64,000 nt of DNA, from positions 2,356,001 through 2,420,000 of the forward strand of contig OZ361261.1 of NCBI GenBank assembly GCA_977018835.1, read 5' to 3'. The notes under the pieces are model-generated. The model saw nothing but the letters and a program-made list of their open reading frames with translations. It had not been told where the DNA came from and searched no databases. Shown here one piece after another: positions 37,438 through 49,600 of the stretch. Position 1 is the first letter of the stretch, and each line of letters begins with the position of its first letter. The stretch is from Minutocellus sp. GHC0000111 (taxonomy: Eukaryota). Both the position numbers and the translations under genes were made by a program.

Positions 37438-38456
37438 GTGGGTAAATCGATTCCACGATTAACACTCGGAAACACCTAGCATAAGTCTCCTTTTGAAAAT
37501 GGCAAATGCTGGCGTGGAATAGAACTACAGGGCAAAACGGCCCAAAATGTCACACCTTTGTCACACCTTCTAAAATTTAATATTCGTAGACAGCATATTT
37601 CCCTGATTTAATATTTTATTCTGGAACGAGTATTAGAACGGAAGCCTATTCGTAACTCCTAGGAGCAACCAAGATTCGCTTCCACGCTCACACTGCCCTC
37701 CTGTCTGCATCTTCGCTCCTTGCTTCCGCGCGGAAGGCAGAAGGCAGACACTCAGATGCTGCGCACGTAGTAGATTGCAAGATGATGCCGCCTCCCATCA
37801 AATCACGTCGTCAGCGCGACAATGGGCCAACAAAATACACCCATCTAAGAAGTTACGAGGACAGGCATCTGTGACAGACGAATGCGAAGACGAGGAAGAC
37901 AAACTATGCTTTCTAGACGAACACCCTGGACGAGAACATGATGTCTACATGTGCCTCAAAAATCAAAGCAAGAAAAGGTGTCGATGACATCTACATGAAT
38001 TGCCTTGACTCTGTTTATCTCACCCTCAAGACAGATGACAATCTGATAAACGTTTACGTAGATTCAACATGTGTTTACACCGGCAGATCCCAAATGTAGC
38101 CGATTTAGAACTTCATTCCGAGTCGCCTTCGCAAGCAGCAAATGTCTTACGAGAAAAATATGCACGGAAGTAAATTGGCTACATGTAGATCTACGTAGCT
38201 AGTTACCGGTGCATGAAATTTTCCTGACAAAGAACGAGAAACCGAGTTTCTGATTGTCTGACTGCATGAAAACCTCGCGCTGCTACGTCCCAATTCCTAC
38301 AGATCAAGATTGACACTGCTTGAAAACAGGTACCATGGTACATGTATGGTAGGATAACGTAATGCTCCACTAGTAGCTAGCAATAGGATTCCTACCTACG
38401 ATCGTACGTAGTTGAATGTGTTCTCTCATTTATTTACAAAAAAATATTACATCTCC

Positions 38457-38462
<6 letters not shown>

Positions 38463-38492
<30 letters not shown>
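38463..38492. repeat. (AT)n microsatellite flanking the MITE
   Basis: About 15 AT units directly left of the TIR. A short ATATATAT follows the right TIR. Confidence 0.95.
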
Positions 38493-38495
<3 letters not shown>

Positions 38496-39254
38496 AGTCC
38501 CAAAATGCGCACTGTCCCAGTTCGCGAACTGGGATCCCAGTTTGCGAACTAGGATTTATTTATCCCAGTTTGGAAACTGGGATCATAGGCACAATCTCAG
38601 TTTGCAAACTGGGATCAATCGAGAAATAATGAATATTTAGCATGGATGATATCGCCTTTGCTTCTCCTCGCTTCATTTTTTCATAGTGAAGCAACACAGC
38701 CCAAACCTGGTCCAGACGTCCAGACGACATTAGTGCCGGAGCTGATACTCAATAAATTGGCATTAGCTGATACTAAATACATATAGTGAATAAATAATAA
38801 TATCTAGCTAGCTGCTTCTGGCAAATATAAGTCATGAACTGTACATGCACCTGTGCTATGCCGGCATCATGTTGCTACTGTACCAGTACATGTAGCTTGC
38901 AAATTCAAGATATGATGCACAGTGCAACTTGTATTGTAGATAGATCTACCAGTACATGTACAAAATAGTCGTTGTGCATGAGCCAACACCGGCGCGGCAG
39001 TTACCATTCTGGCACTTGCCGAGAACACCAGTTTCCAAACTGGTATTTATTATTGTTCCAGTTCGCGAACTCGTCTGGTTCCCATATTCGGATTAGCTTA
39101 TTTATCTCAGTTTACATTCTGGTAGTATCAGTGCGCAAACTGGGATCCTAGTTTGGGAACTGGGGCCCAGTGCGCAAACTGGGATAAATGAATCTCAGTT
39201 CGCAAACTGGGATCCCAGTTCGCGAACTGGGACAGTGCGCATTTTGGGACTAAC
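38493..39254. mobile_element. MITE / non-autonomous DNA transposon, 762 bp
   Basis: Perfect ~58-bp TIR GTTAGTCCCAAAATGCGCACTGTCCCAGTTCGCGAACTGGGATCCCAGTTTGCGAACT, extending imperfectly to ~90 bp. AT-rich non-coding interior, with TA repeats on both sides. Confidence 0.9.
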
Positions 39255-39261
39255 ATATATA

Positions 39262-41408
39262 TCAATGGCGGCCCTGAGTAACCGTCTTCTTTCTTCGGTG
39301 GGTGCGCGGCTTTTTCATCCCCTTGGTCACTTTGACAGAATACCGAATGCATGTGCTGGCGCTATCTGTCGACTTTACCGCATTGGCCTCGGGCACTTGC
39401 TGATCACCTTCCGCGTTACAATTGCAGGCTGGGCTGCTGACACTGTTGCTGGCGGAAAGCTCGTGGTTCTCGCTTGAAATGTGTTCCTTTGACTCATTGT
39501 TCTGGTCTTGGCATTTCTCCTCGGCCAGTGTGTTGAACATTGCTTTTGTTTGCGCAGCTTTGTCCTTGCTCTTCTGTAAGTTGGAGAGGTAGTGAGATGC
39601 AAGGACCCCCATGCCGCTGAACAGGCCATCAGCAGCGGGCGCTGCCTTGGTATCATTTGGGGGCAGCAGCAATGCCTTGTCGATGTCGGACTTTTGGCCA
39701 GCATCGGGCGGTTCACGAGCACTCGCTTCTTCGGCACTTGGCTTCGTCACGTCGGCATCGACATGCTTGGTGTCGTCATTACGTTGATCAACGCTACTGG
39801 ATTCCGGTCCAGTAGAAGGGAAGATGTTGGGTAAACGAATAAGACTTGTGCCTTCCAAACGAGGTAGCACACCAAACAGAGCCGAAGGGTTTGCACTTCC
39901 TTCGGCATGTTTCGTGGCAACATCCTTGAAATATTCTTCTTCGATCCCGGGCTGGTTGGAATTGAAGGGAACAACGCGAGACTTTATAACTTGAGACTTC
40001 GACTGACCATTGGGTCTACCCATTGGCTGATGAATCTTTTTGGACATTGTAGGTGGGGCTTTGGTCTTGGAAATATCTTTGAGATTTCCAACAGCTTTAC
40101 ATGTAGTGCTTGGCTTCGCAACTGATTTGATTCGAGGAATGCTACAAAGACTCTCAGCGCATGCGTCTTGAGCAATCGGCGGCGACACCCTTTGCTCTTC
40201 AGCTGGTTCCTTCACATCGATTCCTTCATCTTTGGGCTTGACTGTATCTTCGATGTTCTTGGAAGATGGAAATGTACTACCACTGACATCAACTTCGCTG
40301 GGAGGGGGCGATGCTTGCGTAGGATTGGTCATAGAGCGGCGCAATCTTGAGCTGGCCTTCTTGGAAGTATCATCAGTCAGCAGCGAAGCTTCTTCCTTTT
40401 TTTGTGACGGCGTTTCAGTACTTACGCCTTTGTAAATTATTTCAATGGTAGGATGCTTGATAGAACTGTTTTCGCTCTCCGAAACAGGATTAGGGAAGTC
40501 GTCAGCAGAAGGATGTGCGAGTATGTCACCAGGTCGAAGTTGTTTGCACGCCTCCATTGCAGAGGTGGGCACCTGTTTCACGAGGACGGCACCATCGGTA
40601 TCGGTCTTGATGGCAAGTCCAAGAGGACCACGCTGATTGACGGTAACAGGGATAATGACATCCTGGACGATATCACCGCCTTGTCGGATGGCAACGAAGC
40701 GAATCGGTCGGGTGTTGGATGCACATACTTCTTTGAATTGCTCCGTTGTGAAGGGGATATGATTCATGAAGCGATCAGACGATGCCTCGGCCTTGTCTTT
40801 GCCCTCCTTCTTCGTGGATGAGGACGAATCCTTTCTCATATTCCCCCAGATAATGTTTCGAAGTTTGCTTTTGTTGGGAGTACCCGCAGAAGCTTGGTTC
40901 GGAGGAACGCTGGTAGGACCGGTGACGACCGAAAGGTCGTCATCATCCCCAAACGCATCGTCGTTGTTGGCGCAGTTATGGACGTCGGACCATTCCTCAT
41001 CCTCGCCGACGCAGATGAGTGTGACAGCGGAAGCATGTCGGTACAGGCACTGTAGCCAGTATACGCGCTATAATCAGTGCAGGCGCTGTATCCAGTACAG
41101 GCGCTGTATTCGGTCCAAGCAGTGAAAATTGTGCTCTCGTCATCCCAGCACTTGCAAGAGTCGCCACTAGAGGAGCCACCCAACCAACCGAAGAAGAAGT
41201 CGTAGAAGGAATTCGAATGCAGCATCGCATCACCACTATCAATAATGGGATCGACAACTCTGTCAACATGGCAGAGAAACTTGTCGATCCCGTGATCGAG
41301 AGTGCTGTTCATGGTGTCATCAACATCATCACATACTACGGTCGATGAACCATCTATTTCATCATCGACGAGAGATGGTCTATGAGTGGGTAGCACAGTT
41401 GTCTCCAT
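39262..41408 (-). CDS. Hypothetical protein with PDZ-like segment; frameshift near 41025
   Basis: ORFs 40836-41408 and 39262-40839 can be joined through ...EDEEWSDVHNC...NIIWGNMRKD. PDZ-like RGPLGLAIKTD...LRPGDIL. Confidence 0.55.
41041..41115 (-). repeat. Four 18-bp coding tandem repeats (T-x-Y-S-A-C/Y)
   Basis: TEYSAC TGYSAC TDYSAY TGYSAC in ORF 40836-41408. Confidence 0.85.
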
Positions 41409-41979
41409 CTTGGCCGCTAGCTACAGTATCTCTTGGTCGCACGTTCCACCATGCAAAGTTGGCCAACCATGCGATCGTCCCCCCAAAATGGCGTTGAGCC
41501 GCTGGTCGAATGGGCATCGTGCTACCCATGCTTCCGAAAGATCTCTTAATTATCACAACCGAATGCAATCGTTTGATTAAGTAGGAGCTCCATAACAAAG
41601 GGCTGGGCCGTGCTCCCTTTTGTTGGGTATGGGTTCTCCGTCGTTGGGCACCAAACTGCAGTTAGGAAGCATTTGTTCTGGCACTTGCATGGATCAAGTC
41701 CGCACGTCCACTGTGCGCTCCGACATGGAGCACATCACCTTCTCTGATTGCCGTGGTGCATTTGAGACGTATCGATTGGTATGGTGGTGACTGGTGGCAA
41801 CAGATAAGGCAGAGAGGTGGCGTCGTCCAACTGCTGGGCGGTATGGGATTTTGTGTTGTTTTGTGGTGCCTCATTTTCAGTAAGGGGGTTCATTTGAATT
41901 TTGAGGTTTCGGGAAGGCCCCAAAATGTGGAAGACGGCAAAGCAAAGCAACTAAGCAAAGCAGCAACCCATAGAGTAAG

Positions 41980-44298
41980 ATGGGGAAGAAGTCGAAGGCC
42001 AAGCGTCGCACCGGCGGCGGCGGTAAGAAGAAGGCCACCGTCGCTTCCAATACTGCTGTTTCTACCCGTCCGAAGGCACAGTCGGTGCTGACCAGCGCAA
42101 TTGAGGGGAAGCCAAGAGCCGATGTGACTTCCAGCACAAGCACCACCCTTGCACTGCCCTCGTCCTCGCCCAGCGTCCTTCGGGGCATCATCTCCACCGA
42201 CGACGATCCAGGTAAATGCGCCCTCTGCCAAAAATCTATCCTACCAGAAGAATTTGCCAAGTATGTGTTCTCCCCGTGCTGTGGAAAGCATTGTTGCAAA
42301 GACTGTTCCGAAAGTGGGCGTTGCACAACAATGATTTCAAAATTTGCTTGGTGCCAAACGGTGCATCCTCTGCAATGTTAGGAGTGCAAAGCGGCACACA
42401 GCTGAAAAGAACGAGGCTCATTTGGGGAAAGCGTGGGCCCAATTTCAATACGGCCAAACTCTCGCAAAGAGGGTTGCCACTCGCTGGTTCAAGAAAGCTG
42501 CGAATCAGGGTCATCCTAATGCATGCCTCGAACTTGCTTTCACCTTCCGCCATGAAGATAAATGGGTTTGTCATCGGGATCTTGAACTCGCCAAATCGTA
42601 TGCAGAGAAAGCAAAATCTCTCTACTCGGGGTTTCGTCTACGTGCAAATCGTGCTCTATTCAGCATTGCTCAAGAATATGCACAGGAACAGGCAACTGAA
42701 AACGCCATTGTCATCCTAACCGATATCGCGAACGAGACGGATACCAGTGCTCTTGACAGCTCTTTGTGCGAAAAAGCTGCCGCGTGCCTCTATGGCCTAA
42801 GACAATACCAGCTCGCTGCAAAATTGTACACCAATGCATTTTTCCGTGGTGTGGTCAGATCGGCCCTTGGTGTATCACTTTGTCACGCCTACTCCAAGAA
42901 TCACGCTCTCAGCAAGCTATGGTTTTCTATTGCCTCTCAAATGAAAAATCAGTATGTTGCTGTTGATGGTTCCACCAAAAAGGAGTTATCTTGGTCGGAC
43001 GTCAAGTCATGGCAGGATTATATCCAATCCAATCTCCGCAAGAACCGAGACTCTTGCGGTGGTTGCGGTGCCGCTCTTCAGGGCGATACGCGTAAGTACT
43101 GCCGAGGCTGTAAGGCATACTGCTACTGTAGCAAGGACTNNNNNNNNNNNNNNNNNNNNNNNNNNNNNNNNNNNNNNNNNNNNNNNNNNNNNNNNNNNNN
43201 NNNNNNNNNNNNNNNNNNNNNNNNNNNNNNNNNNNNNNNNNNNNNNNNNNNNNNNNNNNNNNNNNNNNNNNNNNNNNNNNNNNNNNNNNNNNNNNNNNNN
43301 NNNNNNNNNNNNNNNNNNNNNNNNNNNNNNNNNNNNNNNAAGTGGGCGTTGCACAACAATGATTTCAAAATTTGCTTGGTGCCAAACGGTGCATCCTCTG
43401 CAATGTTAGGAGTGCAAAGCGGCACACAGCTGAAAAGAACGAGGCTCATTTGGGGAAAGCGTGGGCCCAATTTCAATACGGCCAAACTCTCGCAAAGAGG
43501 GTTGCCACTCGCTGGTTCAAGAAAGCTGCGAATCAGGGTCATCCTAATGCATGCCTCGAACTTGCTTTCACCTTCCGCCATGAAGATAAATGGGTTTGTC
43601 ATCGGGATCTTGAACTCGCCAAATCGTATGCAGAGAAAGCAAAATCTCTCTACTCGGGGTTTCGTCTACGTGCAAATCGTGCTCTATTCAGCATTGCTCA
43701 AGAATATGCACAGGAACAGGCAACTGAAAACGCCATTGTCATCCTAACCGATATCGCGAACGAGACGGATACCAGTGCTCTTGACAGCTCTTTGTGCGAA
43801 AAAGCTGCCGCGTGCCTCTATGGCCTAAGACAATACCAGCTCGCTGCAAAATTGTACACCAATGCATTTTTCCGTGGTGTGGTCAGATCGGCCCTTGGTG
43901 TATCACTTTGTCACGCCTACTCCAAGAATCACGCTCTCAGCAAGCTATGGTTTTCTATTGCCTCTCAAATGAAAAATCAGTATGTTGCTGTTGATGGTTC
44001 CACCAAAAAGGAGTTATCTTGGTCGGACGTCAAGTCATGGCAGGATTATATCCAATCCAATCTCCGCAAGAACCGAGACTCTTGCGGTGGTTGCGGTGCC
44101 GCTCTTCAGGGCGATACGCGTAAGTACTGCCGAGGCTGTAAGGCATACTGCTACTGTAGCAAGGACTGCCAAAAGATGCACTGGAATCGCAAGAAGGATA
44201 GTCACAGAGATGAATGCAAGGAAGCCAAGGAACATTGGGAGAAGGCAGTGGAGGCTATTCAAAGTGGCAAGGTCATCTTGTCGAAGGAAAAGGGGTAA
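41980..44298 (+). CDS. RING-like + Sel1 + MYND protein, paralog of 29003-30313; spans an assembly gap with a false duplication
   Basis: MGKKSKAKRR, CALC...CCGKHCCKDC...CILC, WFKKAANQGHPNA and MYND CGGCG..CRGCKAYCYCSKDCQKMHW. Frameshift near 42345. Confidence 0.75.
43140..43339. other. Scaffold gap (200 N) flanked by an apparently identical 828-bp overlap (42312-43139 = 43340-44167)
   Basis: Run of N, with the same ORFs repeated at an offset of 1028. Confidence 0.95.
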
Positions 44299-44552
44299 AA
44301 TATACATGTACATGTAGGGCTCCAGCACCGGTGATATCGTTTTACTTGGTAGATCTACTCGGGGGTCATTCCGGTACAGAACGAGAAACAGAGATCTACA
44401 CATACCTACTAGGTCCGGTACAAGTAAGGCTAGCAATGGTTACCTCCATATCTCGTCTTTTAACATTAATATTGGCGTATATTCCTAACCCGCTATATTC
44501 TTCGGGCAATATCTCGCCTCTTTGCCCGGTGCTTTCGCTGCATGATTAAAAA

Positions 44553-45967
44553 CTATGATGCACCGGCGGCAGCCTTCTTTGACCTCTTGGCCCGGCTACC
44601 TGTTGAGTTGTTGTCCCCGGCACCCCCGCCCTTGACGCCATCAGCGTTGGCCTTGGCCCCGCTGGCAGCCTTTCTTTTTTCTGGGGGGCCGCCGGTACTA
44701 TTGGCTTTGGCCTTCCCTCCTCCTCCAGTGCTACCGCCTCCCTTTGCACCTCCAGCGGATCCTCCCTTGGCGCCCGTGTTCTTGATTCTCGGTCCGCCGC
44801 TGCCCGAACTCTTGGACCCTCCCGCTCCGCCTGCCGCTGCTCCGGCGGTCGCTCCGCGAGTCATCTTGAAGTTTCCATTGCCATTGTTGCCCGCCTTTCC
44901 ACTCTGCTTGCCATCGGCCGAAACGGCCGGAAGACCCACCTCCACCGGAGGCGAGGAGGGTCCGGCTGCACCTGCGGCAGCCGCGGCAGATCCTCCGGCC
45001 GAGGCCCTACCGCTACCACTTCGGGCCAACGCCGCCGCAGCGGCCGACCCACCGGACGCATGCCGACTCCGACCGACGTTGCCCTGGGGTACCGTCGTGG
45101 AGGAAGGCAGACCGGCAGCGGCACCGCTACCTCCGCCAGTCGACCCACCGGGAGGGACTCGCTGCCGGGCCGAGTGGTGGACGCGGAAGCCAAACACTCT
45201 GGGCACGTACTTGCTCTTGGAATCCAACGGGTCGGGAACGAGGTTGTTGAACGTCATAAGGAACAGGTGGGGGAAGGTCGTGCCGAAGGCCGCCCCGTCG
45301 ACGGCCCCGGTGCCCGACGCGGTGCCCGGGCCGTGGTGGGAGGAGCGGGATCGGATCGGCGGGGGGTGGTACACCGACTGGCAGCGGGGGCAGTAGATCT
45401 TGACGGTGTCGGCCCCCATCTCATCGCGCAGGCCAACGGGGAGGACGGGCTGGCCGTTGCACTGGATGAGAGGACAGGTCCCGAACTCTTTGGCGGCGTA
45501 CTGTACGAATTTTAGGTGGATGCAGGTCGGGGAGGGGGGAATTTGGGTGAGTTGTTGAGCTTGCGACATTGAATTATCATGACATTTCAAGTAAGTAAAG
45601 CGAAGAAAGAAACAGAGCACCACAAAGCACCGCAACAATACATATGCAGCAGCATCCTTACCTTGTTGTACATGGCATCCAAGCCATGGGCGGTTATGAT
45701 GTACCGCGCATGGATCAGCCCGTACAGCGTACACGCGCTCTGGGTGAGATGGGAGTCGTCGGAATCGTCCGGACCGATCCGGTCCAAAATGAGATCGAGA
45801 CAATCCGAAAAGTTGGAAACGCATGCCCGGAGACCGTACAGGTTGAACCCATCCTCGATGTACGATCGCTCGACCTCGCAGAACATCTCGTGTCCCTTGA
45901 GGCCGCAGAACCACTGGATCCAGGGCTCGTCGTGGCCGGACGCCGAGGAATCCTCGTTGTAGGCCAT
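44553..45967 (-). CDS. CSNK2B: Casein kinase II regulatory beta subunit; 2 exons (intron 45661-45501)
   Basis: WIQWFCGLKGHEMFCEV..YIEDGFNLYGL, LYGLIHARYI, FGTCP..C..QPVLPVG, VKIYCPRC, DGAAFGTTFPHLF and YVPRVFGF. Splice AAG|gtaagg...cag|TAC. Long Gly/Lys-rich tail. Confidence 0.95.
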
Positions 45968-46668
45968 GGTGTTCTATTTATTGAAATATCGAATAACAAA
46001 CGCTGCAAAATACTGCGCCTCGTTGGTGTTTCGATTGCCTGGGTATCAATCCAATAGCTAGAGATGCCGCGGGGTCCTCTTAGGCCTTGTTGGGCGGATC
46101 GAGTTCAAAAAATCAGATCGGCACCTTTTGACTTGGCACAACACGTACTTTATGTGCCGGAATTTTTCCACGAGAAAAATCCCACCCCCAAAAGATACAC
46201 ACAGATACTGCAGCTACAATAGAACAAGCTCCGTAGTAGACTGGTTGCTTTTCAACCCTTGGTCGATAACTGGCAGCGCAGATGGCTGGGCTGGGCTGTG
46301 CGTGCGTGTGATGAGGGCCGTCAGTGCTCCGTCCGTCGAGAGATGGGGCCGATCGATCGTTCCAATAATTGTTTTTCGCGATACCGCCGCGATTTCCCGT
46401 CGTGCGGCAGATGAATATGTGCTCTGAGGATATACAGTCCTGCTCGGCCGTCCAATTGCGAAATGTGCCGGTCAACTACCTCTGCCTGGGGGCGGTGAAG
46501 GTGTCGTTCCGGTCCTGATGATATCTTCTTTGTGGCCTTCAAGCACGCGATGCCAGGGCAAGGCTCTTTCATCGTCATTCCGAAAAAGCTCGGTCTGACC
46601 GCCGGCCGAAACGCTGAAACGAGCTTCATTATTTTGTTGCTTGCGCTTGTGCCGAAATTTGAAGCACG

Positions 46669-49600
46669 ATGGCCGGAGGTAAGAGAAGGACCGGAGCTGC
46701 CTCTGCAGGTGCAGGCGCTGCATCAGGTGGTGCTGGAAGCAGCACCAGTCGTCGCAATGCCTCGCGCCGCCGCCGCGCAGAGCCGAACCGCTACGCCGAC
46801 GACCGGCCCGAGGCTCTGCTGACGGCCGCCGACGGCTCTGCTGCTGCCTCTTCCGCCGGTGCTGCTAATGCTGCCGCTTCAGGCGCTGCCAATCCCTCCG
46901 AACCAGCGCAGAATGCATCAGGTGCCGCATTCAACGAAGCGGCCGGCTTCACGCAAAAGGGCGCGGACGGAGCGCTGCCGGACGGGACCATTGCCCACCG
47001 CGTCTCGGTCCTGCCGGCCCTCCGCTACGTCCGGCCGGGATACCTCCAGTCGGCCGTCGATACGCTCAAGCAGCAGCAGCAACTAAAGGCCAAGAAGGAA
47101 GAGGAGGCGGAAAGAAAGCAGACGAGACAGACAAAGGAAGGTGGCTCGTCTACAAGTGACGGTGATAAGATGGAGGTGGATGCACCAGCCGATGGTGCCA
47201 AGATGCAGACGGCTGACCATGACGACGGTAAAGACAGCAAGCCATGCTCGAGCCGCAGTCCCAGCCGTCGCAGCAGCTCGGCCATGGACGATTCAGCCCA
47301 CAACCACCATCGTGCCAAGGGTTCCTCCTCTATACCTCAGGCGCACTGCTATCCATCGTCGGATCCACGATCACCGTCGTACATCCCACCTCTCCGACGG
47401 CAGGAGATATTGGCCCAGCTTCGAAGCGATCCGGCCCTGACGCCATTGTTTGGACCCAGCATAGGTCTCCTGCACAAGGCACGGAGGGCAGTGGAGGTAT
47501 TGGTGGCACTGCTGGTGCTGGGATTGGTGACGACCTTGGCGTGGCAGCCGGTGGAGCATCCGGTTCCACCCTCCGACCGGATTGGGACGGGGTGCGGTAC
47601 AACCAGTTCTACTACCCTCAGGATTATGTCAATGACGAGGATACAAGTGTGGACCAGGAGAACAATGCCGCAGATACTGCTACGGGAAGTGCCGCTCCAG
47701 CAGATGCTGCAGATTCTGATGCTACTCCTAGAAAGCGCCTCCGACTTGCGCCGGGGGTTCTGCCCGTATCTCGAGCCGTGACAGTACTGGCCATGACCAA
47801 GGATCCTGCTACTACACCTGCTGCTGATAGCGAGAAATCAGTGTCGTACCGATATATGGCAGTGGGTGATACTGCTGGTTTCGTTACTTTGTACACCACC
47901 GAACCCATCATTTCTGAGGTGGGCAGGCTGGCCACCACGTCGTCCATTCGAGATTACGAGTCCGAACTGGCGATACGCAGCCGGCCGCAGAAGCTCAAGC
48001 GCATCGCCGCCGCGTCGGTCGCCACATCTGCTTCCGGTGGCGGTGGGAGTCGGCACGGCAGCGACGACGAGCAGGCCGTGGCGTAGCGCCGAGGCGGGAT
48101 TCGTTTCGCGGGGTATCGCACTGTGATTGATTCCAGCCGCCCCCTCGTCGCGCAGATGCCCAATGCCGTCGAGGCCATAGCCTTCAACTGCACCGGTACC
48201 AAAATCGCCGTCGCGTCCAAGTTCGAGGTGGAGCTGTTCGATTGCCTCACGGGGACGATGCTGTGGTCGTGTCCTACATCGCGGCTGTTTGGGGTCAATT
48301 CAACGGCCGCGGTTTCCATATCGGACAAGGGGCGATTGGTCCTTGCCGAGGGTGCATCCAAGATGGCCCGTCGAGCTCCGTTGAAACTGTCGTTCCATCC
48401 GACGCGTGAGGATGGTGACATTGTCGCTGGATATGAGTTCGACGTTTGGAACAAGAAGGATCAGGAAGAAGAGGACGTGGCTGGTATAGCGCTGGAGGAC
48501 CGCGACATGAACCTTGTTTCTCCAGTGCTTCAATTTGCCACATCACATCAAAAGAATAGTTCGGGGATGGTCACGTCGTCCAAGGTCAAGGTTCGAGGCA
48601 TCATTCCATCCGCGGAGGATACTGGATTGCCTTTTGCGTTGGGATCTCGAGCGATGGCAATTCACGACGAATCCAACCCAAGCCGCATGCTCATGGTTGT
48701 GATCAACAACAACCCTCGAGCAGATGACGTCGAAAAGGACTTGGCTTGGAGGAAGAAGAATTCCAACTCAGGAATGCAGCCATTTCCTCATCTGCAGGAG
48801 CTGCTGCTTGTTGATGCTTCCTCGCCATCGTTCAAGGTACTGCACCGCACTGTCCTTCCCTCTCGCCCAGGTTCCAAGGCAAAGATTGTCACTGTCGAAG
48901 CACTATGCCAGAGTCTAGGTGGAACATACACGGCTCCAGCGACTTCGTGTAAAGGAGGGATTCGCCTTTACAGAACCGAAGGTCTTGTCCATCTGGCCAC
49001 CTATGGAGAAGGCATCAAGCTTCACAGCAGCACCATCATGTGGCAAGATATTTTTATTGTTAAGAGGGGCAACAAGAAGGGACGCGCCGAAGAGCGAGAA
49101 GACGAATTACTCCTGAGAACCACCGATAGTCCTACAAGCTCTGAAGAGCCAGCAAGCTCGACCCCTGCAGCGGCAGACTACACCGACCTTATGCTTGTCG
49201 GGGTCCCTGGAGCCTTCCGCGAGCCCATCGACTTGAATGATCGCATTCATATCTGGGATTTGGCGGATGTAGGTTGGGGCGGGACGAAGCTTCCCGCAAT
49301 CACTCTCATTGCACCTCCCAAGTCCAACGGAATTGCCTCCCCTGGCTCCAGCGTTGGTGATGCTTCCAAGGGTGGAGGCGGCGGACGGTTCATCATCTCC
49401 AACCAGAGCGGTGATTGTCGCCAATTTGGGTCCAAGATGGTATCTGAGTGGCCTGGTAGAATGTATCCTGCTGGGTACATTGTTCTTGACGATAACGTTG
49501 AGTACGTGGAAGACGAAGACGAGCTCGATATTGTTGTGGATAACCATCCCATCGACCTCCTTTCACAGGGCAGCTCGGATTTACTATTTGGCATCGATAG

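Noticed and set aside
37775..38160. Short ORF fragments between the retrotransposon and the MITE
   Set aside because: Multiple stops and no recognisable motif, so a gene call is not supported.
41584..41639. Imperfect ~18-bp stem-loop between divergent genes
   Set aside because: Several bulges, single copy, and no recognisable ncRNA or Helitron terminus, so it could arise by chance.
42312..44167. Apparent tandem duplication of the MYND gene
   Set aside because: The two 828-bp copies look identical and directly abut a 200-N gap, which is typical of unmerged overlapping contig ends.
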